From NCBI GenBank assembly GCA_039810425.1, contig JBDHWW010000077.1:1-10739 (forward strand): a stretch of 10,739 bases of DNA. The letters are read 5' to 3'. Made by a program: the position numbers and the translations under genes. The number at the start of each line of letters is the position of its first letter. Positions within the stretch are counted from its first letter, which is position 1. The stretch comes from Pseudobdellovibrionaceae bacterium. GTDB taxonomy: Bacteria > Bdellovibrionota > Bdellovibrionia > Bdellovibrionales > Bdellovibrionaceae. Under the pieces are notes generated by a model. The model did no database searches. It was given only the letters and a program-made list of their open reading frames with translations, and had not been told where the DNA came from. Shown here piece after piece: positions 1 to 7,230 of the stretch.

Positions 1-98
1 TTTGGAAACTTAGGAATGATCAAAAACTCAGTGTGGAATCAGGTCCTTTGTCTAGCAAACTTGTGGGTAATAGTAAGGGCGAGGGCGGGGGCGCCGGT

Positions 99-572
99 CT
101 ACCTTGTCAGTAGCTGAGAAAGGGTTTCTGAGTTGTCAAAAGTGCGGCCCGCCAGGTCTTCGAGTGATTTGCGGACAAGCAGATTGTCCATAACATAAGC
201 CTTGGTGCGGAAAAAGAAACCGCCAATCGAAGAATATCCCCGAAGCCATGAAGCAGGAAAGCAGCCGAGGTTTTCTGAAGCCTCGGCGATGAATTGCCCA
301 GCTGTCATACGGCTAAGATCCCGGTAGACAATTTGATTTGCTTTGCCCGTGGTGTTTGTCACAAATATGCTTTCGATTTCGCTCATTTGCTCGTCGCTGA
401 GTTGTGAGCAGTAAGTACGGCTGCCCTCCAAGGCGCGTTCGATATTGGTGGTCTCAAGGCGGTCATTCACCTTTTGCAAATAGCGCGAGATGAATTCCGG
501 CGCCGATATCGTGGTCGCCGCTTGAGCTTGAAACGCCAAAATTAAGAAAAACCCCACTAAGAACGTCTTCAT
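99..572 (-). CDS. Hypothetical secreted protein (157 aa)
   Basis: ORF with an N-terminal Sec-type signal peptide (MKTFLVGFFLILAFQAQA/A). SD-like GGAGAGG lies just upstream of the ATG. No family recognised. Confidence 0.75.
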   Translation of the reverse strand: MKTFLVGFFLILAFQAQAATTISAPEFISRYLQKVNDRLETTNIERALEGSRTYCSQLSDEQMSEIESIFVTNTTGKANQIVYRDLSRMTAGQFIAEASENLGCFPASWLRGYSSIGGFFFRTKAYVMDNLLVRKSLEDLAGRTFDNSETLSQLLTR

Positions 573-680
573 GACCTCTCCCGTAGCCAGAACACCTACA
601 AAGTTCGCGCCAAGGATTTTAGCGAATAGGAAAGGGCTCTTGAAAGGTCCGTGGGAAAAATTACAAAAAAGTGTCGAGAA

Positions 681-1865
681 TCAGAACAACGGGCTTATTT
701 TATAAATGCCCGAACCCCATTCCTGGTTGCCAACAGCCGAATGTAAAATAGTGTAGAACACGATCTCGTTGCGTTCATTGATGCGAACGTTTCCGCCAAA
801 GCCAGGAAAGGTTGGATTTGCAAGTATGCACCCCAGACCCCGATCCGTTGGGATCTGATCGCCCTCGCCAATCACGCGACGAACTTGCTGGCCATCAGCC
901 AGGTAAATGCCCCGTAAACCTTTTGAGTTTATCGCGCGAAAAACCGCAACACCTTGGCTATTTACCTGAGGAGCAAAGAGCTCGATAACAGAAATGCCGT
1001 CCTGACCCTCGGTGGCATAGCTCGTCTGAACACCATTGCCGTCAATCACTAAAGTTTTTGCGCCCCCCTTAAGAACACCGATGAAAGCGACAAGACCATT
1101 CTCTGAGAGGGAAACGGAATTCGTAAATCCGGTGTATAGGGACTGAGGATCGCTTTTTTGATCACGGGCAACGATGCGGTGGGTGCCATCGGCGTTCAGC
1201 AAAAGAATCTGATCCGGGAAGGCGTCGCTCCAATCCATCTTATTGCCGACGCGGATTTTGCTCGCCATTTGTCGGCGGCTATTGACCATCGGACCAAAAA
1301 GGTAAGACGCTTTAAAACCCAGCGTCTCACTTCCTTCAGAGAAAATCTGATGGAGAATTTTTTCGAAGCGGTAAAAACCGTGATCCCGGCCCGTATGCGT
1401 GCCGCGGAAAAAGATTTCGCCGCTGTTAAGAACTTGCAGGTACCCGTGAGCTATCAAATCCGTCCCCTGGCCTGGCAAAACATTGGAGATGGAATCAGAG
1501 TTCTTGTCATAGATGAAAATTCCTTCACTAGAAGCTTCGTCAAAAACCGAAACAGCGACCTGGCCATTGTCGTTCATCGCAGGCTCCGTCATGACTTTAC
1601 CTTCCGGGGTACGGAACACTATTTTACCATTAACCCAAAGCGCCTGGGTGTTTTCGCCTTCGACCGCCATCAGCTTAAAGCTGACATCCCCTTTGTTGTT
1701 AATGTTCGGGGAAGTGCTATTGAGAAAAGACATCGTGGGCAAGTTGTAAGAGTCAGGACCATTTGCGCGTGCCATGATTTCTGGGGCTTTGTAACTAGGA
1801 ATCGCGGCAAAAGATAAAGAAGAAATCGCGAAAGAGGAAAATCCGAGTAGAAGATATTTTGTCAT
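681..1865 (-). CDS. Secreted tandem NxxGxxAF-repeat (beta-propeller-like) protein, 394 aa
   Basis: Signal peptide (MTKYLLLGFSSFAISSLSFA). Seven periodic motifs: INNKGDVSF, MNDNGQVAV, VLNSGEIFF, VNSRRQMAS, LSENGLVAF, VNSQGVAVF, INERNEIVF. SD AAGGA upstream. Confidence 0.75.
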   Translation of the reverse strand: MTKYLLLGFSSFAISSLSFAAIPSYKAPEIMARANGPDSYNLPTMSFLNSTSPNINNKGDVSFKLMAVEGENTQALWVNGKIVFRTPEGKVMTEPAMNDNGQVAVSVFDEASSEGIFIYDKNSDSISNVLPGQGTDLIAHGYLQVLNSGEIFFRGTHTGRDHGFYRFEKILHQIFSEGSETLGFKASYLFGPMVNSRRQMASKIRVGNKMDWSDAFPDQILLLNADGTHRIVARDQKSDPQSLYTGFTNSVSLSENGLVAFIGVLKGGAKTLVIDGNGVQTSYATEGQDGISVIELFAPQVNSQGVAVFRAINSKGLRGIYLADGQQVRRVIGEGDQIPTDRGLGCILANPTFPGFGGNVRINERNEIVFYTILHSAVGNQEWGSGIYKISPLF

Positions 1866-2030
1866 TCGATGGTTCCTTTTTATGTAACACTACAATGGCG
1901 TGCTGATTTTTAAATTTCAACATCCCTTGCTTTTATTCTCAATGTGTTTTCGTTTTCAATGAGCTTTTCTTCACTTTACTCAGGGGCAAACCGGACCTTA
2001 GGATTTTTCAACAGTCCAGGGGAGGCGGCC

Positions 2031-3671
2031 ATGGCAGACAGAAAGTGCTATTTGGTAGGTGGAGGAATCGCAGCGCTTGCAAGCGCTGCCTATCTAATCC
2101 GAGAAGGGAATCTTTCGGGCGAAAGTATTTTTATTATCGAAGAAGGCGCGATGGCCGGCGGCAGCCTGGATGCCAGCGGTGACGCTGAGAAAGGTTATGT
2201 CATGCGGGGAGGCCGCATGCTGAATTTTTCTTACCTCTGCACTTATGATCTTCTTTCATTTATTCCCTCCGTTGGTGACAAAGACAAAACGGTGATGGAT
2301 GAAATCCGCGAATTTAATCAGAGGATCCAAACAAACTCCCACTGCCGCCTCGTCCATCATGGTGAAAAAATCGACTCAACGAGCATGGGTTTTAATTATA
2401 AAGACCGCTTTGATATTCTTGAAGTCATGATGAAATCAGAAGAAAGCCTAGGCGGCCGGAGTATCGAGGATTGCTTTCGCAGCGCCTTCTTTGAAACCAA
2501 CTTCTGGCATATGTGGGCGACGATGTTCGCTTTTCAACCCTGGCATAGTGCGGTGGAATTTAAGCGATACCTCCATCGGTTTATCCATGAATTTTCTCGC
2601 ATCAATACGCTGGAAGGCGTTGATCGCACTCCGTACAATCAGTACGACTCGATCGTTCTGCCGTTGCTCACGTGGCTGAAACACAAAGGTGTTCGCTTTA
2701 TGATGGAAACCGAGGTCACCGATCTTGAATTTGCCGACATAGGGCCTGTGAACCCTGAACTTGGCAATTCTGGCGCGACGAAGGCCGTTTCAAAAATTTT
2801 CTACCGTCGCAACGAAGATCAAAACTACATTCCAATAGCCCCGGAAGACTTGGTTTTTGTCACGATGGGCTCCATGACGGCGTCTTCGAGTCTGGGCTCG
2901 ATGAAGACGGCTCCGTTATTAAAATCCAAGCGGGAGGGAGGCGCTTGGGCCCTTTGGGAAAGAGTGGCCTTGAGCCGTCCCGAGTTTGGCAGGCCGGCGG
3001 TTTTCTCAAGCCGCGTGGATGAATCTAAATGGGTCTCATTCACGGTGACTTCGAAAGGGCATAAGTTTTTTGATTTGATGGAAGAGTTCACGGGAAATGA
3101 GGCTGGAACCGGCGGGCTCGTCACTTTTACGGACTCAAATTGGCTTATGTCTGTGGTGTTGGCCCATCAGCCGCATTTCTTAAATCAATCGAAAGATGTT
3201 ACCGTCTTCTGGAGCTATGGCCTTTACGTCGATCGTCCGGGCAATTTTGTGCAAAAGAAAATGTCGGAATGCAACGGTGAAGAAATTCTGACGGAACTTT
3301 GTTCACATTTGAACTTCACAGAAGAAATGCCTGAGATCATCGCCCACGCCAACTGCATCCCTTGTATGATGCCGTTTATTACAAGCCAGTTTTTAACTCG
3401 AAATAAAGGAGACCGCCCGGAGGTTATCCCAAAAGAATATTTGAATCTCGCCCTTATTGGGCAGTACTGTGAAATTCCCGAAGATGTGGTGTTTACCGTG
3501 GAGTACTCGGTGCGGTCAGCGCAGACGGCGGTTTTTAGCTTGCTTCAGTTGGAGCGTGAGCCTGTGTCGGTTTACGGGGGAGTCCGGGACTTCCAAGTCT
3601 TGTTTGAATCTCTGAAGACGATGTTTAAAGAGACTGCCGAGCGAACGCGAGAAGAACACCCGCCGCTTTAG
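2031..3671 (+). CDS. ohyA: Oleate hydratase (myosin-cross-reactive antigen family, FAD-dependent), 546 aa
   Basis: FAD-binding motif YLVGGGIAAL, then GGSLD...GYVMRGGRM, TNFWHMWATMFAFQPWHSAVEFKRY, RTPYNQYDS, MMPFITSQF and DVVFTVEYSVRSA. ATG 2031 is chosen over the track's 1944 start because GGAGG sits at 2021-2025. Confidence 0.93.
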   Translation: MADRKCYLVGGGIAALASAAYLIREGNLSGESIFIIEEGAMAGGSLDASGDAEKGYVMRGGRMLNFSYLCTYDLLSFIPSVGDKDKTVMDEIREFNQRIQTNSHCRLVHHGEKIDSTSMGFNYKDRFDILEVMMKSEESLGGRSIEDCFRSAFFETNFWHMWATMFAFQPWHSAVEFKRYLHRFIHEFSRINTLEGVDRTPYNQYDSIVLPLLTWLKHKGVRFMMETEVTDLEFADIGPVNPELGNSGATKAVSKIFYRRNEDQNYIPIAPEDLVFVTMGSMTASSSLGSMKTAPLLKSKREGGAWALWERVALSRPEFGRPAVFSSRVDESKWVSFTVTSKGHKFFDLMEEFTGNEAGTGGLVTFTDSNWLMSVVLAHQPHFLNQSKDVTVFWSYGLYVDRPGNFVQKKMSECNGEEILTELCSHLNFTEEMPEIIAHANCIPCMMPFITSQFLTRNKGDRPEVIPKEYLNLALIGQYCEIPEDVVFTVEYSVRSAQTAVFSLLQLEREPVSVYGGVRDFQVLFESLKTMFKETAERTREEHPPL

Positions 3672-3720
3672 AGGCCAGCCCCAGCCCTTAAAACACCACA
3701 GAGAAGAATAAGGGCCAGTT

Positions 3721-4590
3721 TTATTTCTTTCGCGGTGTTGGGGGAGCTTTTTTGCCAGGGCCGGCACGCAGGCCATCCTCATCGATGCTGATGAGACGTT
3801 GCTTGTAGAGGCCACCAAGAGCAATTTTGTACTTCTTTTTACTGACGCCAAAGAGTTCATAGATTTTCCCGGGGGGCGTCTTTTCGGTGAGCGCTAAGAA
3901 GCCACTATTCTTTGCAAGGAGTTCAAGGATTTTTGGTCCGACATCCTCGGCGCCCTGATGCCCGGTTTTTTGTAAGCCGAGGTCGATCTTGCCGTCTTCC
4001 GAGCGAATATTGCGAATATAGCCACGGATTTTTTGGCCAATTTTTAAAGGCTGGAAAACTTCGTTGTGATAGAGCATGCCCTGGTGAATGCCGTTGATGA
4101 TCGCCTTATAGCCAAGATCCGTGCGATGATAAATCATCAAATCGACGCTCTGGCCGGCTTCAAGGTGCGCAGGTTCTTTCGATAAATAGCGTTCTATGCG
4201 CATCGAAGAGGCGATACGGTCGGTGTTATCAAGATAAACATAAACGACGACTTGATCGCCCGGGCGAATGTTGTGGGTTTGTTCTGAAAATGGCAAGAAG
4301 AGGTCTTTATCAAGACCCCATGCAAGGAAGGCGCCGATTTTCGTAGCAGCCACCACGGTCAGGTAGGCAAATTCACCCACTTGCGCTTGCGGAGTTTCGG
4401 TGGTGGCCATCAAGCGGTCCTCGGAATCAAAGCAGACAAAAACTTCGAGCACGTCACCAATTTGAGTGCTCTCAGGCACGAGCTTTTTCGGCAAAAGAAT
4501 TTCGCCGTCTTCGCCGCCGTCCAAATAGACGCCGAAATCAACGAGTTTAGTGACTGTAAGTTTATTGAATCTTCCGATATCGACTAGCAT
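3721..4590 (-). CDS. cvfB: CvfB/YitL family S1 RNA-binding protein
   Basis: Tandem S1 domains (FGVYLDGGEDGEILLP, DSEDRLMATT, GAFLAWGLDKDLFLPFSEQ, TDLGYKAIIN, DGKIDL) and a C-terminal winged helix (IYELFGVSKKKYKIALGGLYKQRLI). Confidence 0.93.
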   Translation of the reverse strand: MLVDIGRFNKLTVTKLVDFGVYLDGGEDGEILLPKKLVPESTQIGDVLEVFVCFDSEDRLMATTETPQAQVGEFAYLTVVAATKIGAFLAWGLDKDLFLPFSEQTHNIRPGDQVVVYVYLDNTDRIASSMRIERYLSKEPAHLEAGQSVDLMIYHRTDLGYKAIINGIHQGMLYHNEVFQPLKIGQKIRGYIRNIRSEDGKIDLGLQKTGHQGAEDVGPKILELLAKNSGFLALTEKTPPGKIYELFGVSKKKYKIALGGLYKQRLISIDEDGLRAGPGKKAPPTPRKK

Positions 4591-4598
4591 GGCGACGA

Positions 4599-4627
4599 AC
4601 CTTAACAGGGCCCCTCGGTAGGGTCAA
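4599..4627 (-). promoter_or_regulatory. Putative sigma70 promoter of cvfB
   Basis: Minus strand reads TTGACC (4627-4622), N17, TAAGGT (4604-4599) with an extended TGn. Only 8 nt separate it from the ATG and there is no SD. Confidence 0.55.
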
Positions 4628-4658
4628 TAGAGGCTGACTCTAAATGGATTCATAGATT

Positions 4659-4935
4659 TTATTTTATACCGTGCTTTGGTTGATGGGTGGTTATTGTGGG
4701 GTGCTTTGCGCGAAGTTCGCGCAGGGCCGCCATAAAAGGCTCCATTCCAGGAAATGGTGAGATTTTTCCAAGTTTGCGACCTTGTGTGAAAAAGAAAAAG
4801 GCAGTCATGTCCCCAGAAAAACACACAGATAAGCTCTTCTGCGTGTTTTTCCAGCGCCTGATCAAATGTGTCGGGCCGAAGCTGTTCGCACTCAAGTGCA
4901 GCGAAAAACGGAGAGGGCATTGATGCTTTGAGCAT
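4659..4935 (-). pseudogene. Thioredoxin-fold protein with internal deletion and frameshift
   Basis: GGAGG SD and ATG at 4935. The first frame reads ...TFDQALEKHAEELICVFFWGHDC, stopping short of a complete CxxC. A second frame continues AFFFFTQGRKLGKISPFPGMEPFMAALRELR, which resembles a thioredoxin C-terminus. The junction is at about 4800-4804. Confidence 0.75.
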
Positions 4936-4961
4936 AGGGCCTCCGATTGATAATAATGTCT

Positions 4962-5006
4962 AAAATAGGATGTATTATTGACCCGGGCAAGGATTATGCG
5001 CATGAT
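4962..5006. promoter_or_regulatory. Overlapping divergent sigma70-like promoters
   Basis: Plus strand: TTGACC (4978-4983), N17, CATGAT (5001-5006). Minus strand: TTGCCC (4990-4985), N17, TATTTT (4967-4962). Confidence 0.5.
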
Positions 5007-5036
5007 AGACGCCTGAATCATTCAGAGAGGATATCT

Positions 5037-5483
5037 ATGAAATCAATCACAGAATTTGCAGTTTTCACATTGAATAAAGGCCTGGCAGCGAAAGCGGCAT
5101 TGGCAAGCCAAGGAAAAAGCCCTGAAGAAATCCAAACAAGCCTCGGTGAAGCCTTCAAATTCGAAGGTGATAAGTTAAAGTATTTTATTAACGCACTCGA
5201 CGTAGCTGGCCAAAATCAGCAGGATTTGAAGCGTGTGTTTGTTATTTCTCTCGCGGACGGGGAGTCTGCTCCTGCGAAAGCGGTTCAGTTTGAAGAGCAT
5301 CATTATGTTCCAGAGTTCTTAAACACGGCTAAACCACAGGCAACAGCAACAGATGCTAAAGGTGGCCGGGGCGGAGGTAAAGGGGGACGCGGAGGCGGCC
5401 GGGGCGAGAAAAAAGGCGGATCTCCCTGGGGTATGACTCCAGAAGAGAAAGCGGCGAAAGGGAAGGCCGCACCCAAGGCTTAG
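5037..5483 (+). CDS. Hypothetical protein with Gly/Arg/Lys-rich (RGG) C-terminal tail, 148 aa
   Basis: SD GAGAGGA at 5025-5031 before ATG 5037. Globular N-terminus (MKSITEFAVFTL...KRVFVISLADGE...HHYVPEF), then KGGRGGGKGGRGGGRGEKKGGSPWG. Followed by a terminator. Confidence 0.8.
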   Translation: MKSITEFAVFTLNKGLAAKAALASQGKSPEEIQTSLGEAFKFEGDKLKYFINALDVAGQNQQDLKRVFVISLADGESAPAKAVQFEEHHYVPEFLNTAKPQATATDAKGGRGGGKGGRGGGRGEKKGGSPWGMTPEEKAAKGKAAPKA

Positions 5484-5492
5484 TTTGAAGGT

Positions 5493-5520
5493 AGGGTCCG
5501 TCGAAAGAGGGGCCCTTTTT
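5493..5520 (+). terminator. Rho-independent terminator
   Basis: AGGGTCCGTC-GAAA-GAGGGGCCCT hairpin (one mismatch, one G-U pair, GNRA loop) followed by a T run, 10 nt after the stop codon. Confidence 0.7.
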
Positions 5521-5827
5521 AGATCTCCGCAGGGGCTCTCGCCGGGAGTATCGGTTTCCAGAGAGCCTCTATTGAAATTTCCGCCGGTACCAACTTTTTG
5601 AAAAGCACGTTCAGATCGGTTTCAGAAAGAGTTTCTTTTTCTAGCAGCTGTTGGGCGCCATCCTCGAGCACTGGCCGATTTTGTTGCAGAATCCTTTCCG
5701 TGATTTTTTTTGCGATATCGATGACGTTTTTGATTTCAAGGTCAATCAAGTGAGCCGTGTCTTCGCTGTAGTGACGGATCTCATGGCTCTGCAGAGGGCT
5801 TTCGAGGAATGGATGGGGTTGTGTATA
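5519..5827 (-). pseudogene. ftsH: 3' fragment of ATP-dependent metalloprotease FtsH (peptidase M41 C-terminal helices only)
   Basis: Extending the 5519-5749 ORF upstream in frame gives ...PHPFLESPLQSHEIRHYSEDTAHLIDLEIKNVIDIAKKITERILQQNRPVLEDGAQQLLEKETLSETDL, matching the FtsH pattern YSEETA..IDxEV...LLEKETL. An in-frame TAG lies at 5854-5852. No AAA domain or HExxH is present. Confidence 0.8.
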
Positions 5828-5871
5828 TCTATCTAAACTATTGAAATAGTTCTACATAGCAGCGAACGAAA

Positions 5872-6903
5872 TTACAAGTCACTACAAATCGAGAACTCGA
5901 TGTCGGTGGTATGAGACGCAGTTATTTGAACTTGTGATAGTTGAGTGATCGAAATCATGGGAACCGTATGACTGCAATCGAAGTTTGAAATAATGGGGTA
6001 GGGGCGAGGTCCAATAATCTCTTTGAATAATTCATCGTAGGTAAACGGAGCACCCTCTTGATTATAAAACTCAGGTTTTCCAATAAGGAGACCTTTTATC
6101 TTCTCAAATACGCCGATGAATTTGAGCTGCTGAAGATGGCGCTCGGTTCGACTCAGAGGAGCTTCCATGTCTTCAAGAAGTAGGATTTTATCATGAAGAT
6201 CAGGCCAATAAGGTGTTCCCGCTGCAGACATCAGGGTGTTTAGATTCAAAGCTAAAATTTCTCCGCTGGCAACACCGGGATGAAGAGCTTTCCAGCCCTC
6301 ATTGTTCTGCCAATGGCGAGGCAGGTTTTTCCATTCGCCGTTAGACCAATCTCTCTTGTGATTGCTCCATCGAAGTGGAGGTGAGATTTTGCGAAATCCT
6401 TTGTTTGGCATAGTCACAGCATCCAGAAACCATTGTGTGCTTTCCTGAATTCCATTGGGCCATTCTCCAAACCAGCACATGACGCTGGGGCCGTATATTG
6501 TGCGTAAGCCAGAGAACTTCAAAATGGCAAGATGCAAAGATGTGATATCGCTGAATCCACAAATGAGTTTTCTTTGCTCACGTATTTTTTTAAAATCTAA
6601 AAATGGAATCAGACTCGAAGAGTTGTTACCACCAATAGTCGATATGAGCCCACTCACTTCGGGGTCTTCGATTAAAGACATAAACTCTTGCGCGCGCTCT
6701 TCTGGCGTACCAGAGCGATAACCTTGAGATTTACGAGCCTGCGTGAGGTCACCCAATTTAACTTTAAAACCAAGCTGCTCAAGATTTTTTACACCATTAA
6801 CAAAGAGTCCTTCATTCCAAGAATAGCCGGGGCTTGAGGGGGTGAATACACCGATGGTGTCGCCTCTTTTTAAGTGTTTGGGTGAGAGGATTGATATTGC
6901 CAC
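5872..6903 (-). CDS. mccF: S66 family peptidase, MccF-like (microcin C self-immunity type / LD-carboxypeptidase family)
   Basis: Ser-Glu-His triad motifs GFSDIT, LLLEDM and FDCSHTVP. YRSGTPEERAQEF, STIGGNNSSSLIPFLD, FGEWP and WSNHKRDW closely parallel the E. coli MccF sequence as recalled. GTG start, no signal peptide. Confidence 0.88.
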   Translation of the reverse strand: MAISILSPKHLKRGDTIGVFTPSSPGYSWNEGLFVNGVKNLEQLGFKVKLGDLTQARKSQGYRSGTPEERAQEFMSLIEDPEVSGLISTIGGNNSSSLIPFLDFKKIREQRKLICGFSDITSLHLAILKFSGLRTIYGPSVMCWFGEWPNGIQESTQWFLDAVTMPNKGFRKISPPLRWSNHKRDWSNGEWKNLPRHWQNNEGWKALHPGVASGEILALNLNTLMSAAGTPYWPDLHDKILLLEDMEAPLSRTERHLQQLKFIGVFEKIKGLLIGKPEFYNQEGAPFTYDELFKEIIGPRPYPIISNFDCSHTVPMISITQLSQVQITASHTTDIEFSICSDL

Positions 6904-6978
6904 AATTTAGGATGTCATAGGCCAAGGATTCATACAAGAACCCAAATAGGGAATCCTTAGAGATGCTTTCAAACCGGA

Positions 6979-7001
6979 GTTTTCTGCCGGCGGCAGAAAA
7001 C
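6979..7001. repeat. Perfect 11-bp inverted repeat
   Basis: GTTTTCTGCCG-G-CGGCAGAAAAC, read directly. Confidence 0.8.
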
Positions 7002-7045
7002 GACAACCCCCAAAATGTCGAAAAAAGCGGGAAACTTCAGAACCT

Positions 7046-7064
7046 ACTCCGACGCAGTCGGAGT
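7046..7064. repeat. Perfect 8-bp inverted repeat
   Basis: ACTCCGAC-GCA-GTCGGAGT, read directly. Confidence 0.7.
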
Positions 7065-7075
7065 GCAGACAGCAC

Positions 7076-7108
7076 AAATAAAAAAACCGCCAGAAGGGCG
7101 GTTGTTTT
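7076..7108 (-). terminator. Rho-independent terminator (possibly bidirectional) downstream of the SIR2 gene
   Basis: The minus strand reads AACCGCC-CTTCT-GGCGGTT followed by TTTTTATTT. A T-rich tail is also present on the plus strand. Confidence 0.75.
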
Positions 7109-7230
7109 ATTTGGATGGGATTGTGGCTTGGGGTGTAAGTATATGAATTAACTTGTGAAAATTATTTAATAGCTACAAAGCCTACAGGTATACTGTGTGA
7201 TCATGGAATGTTGGCTGGAAATCATTACAA

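Noticed and set aside
1..98. Possible 3' end of a plus-strand gene entering the window
   Set aside because: Two frames are open, but neither is recognisable and they are too short to support a call.
1158..1817. 219-aa plus-strand ORF and nested 78-aa ORF
   Set aside because: Both are fully antisense to the signal-peptide repeat protein and have no motifs or SD, so they are treated as shadow ORFs.
1944..2030. Upstream start for the oleate hydratase
   Set aside because: The extension is non-homologous-looking, and a strong GGAGG precedes ATG 2031.
2448..4587. Short alternative-frame and antisense ORFs within ohyA and cvfB
   Set aside because: They overlap well-supported genes and show no recognisable features.
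4624..5021. ORFs 4624-4935 and 4659-5021 as two independent genes
   Set aside because: They are better explained as the two halves of one frameshifted thioredoxin-like gene.
6812..7151. 62-64 aa ORFs in the hairpin-rich intergenic region
   Set aside because: They run through inverted repeats and a terminator, with no convincing protein-like features.
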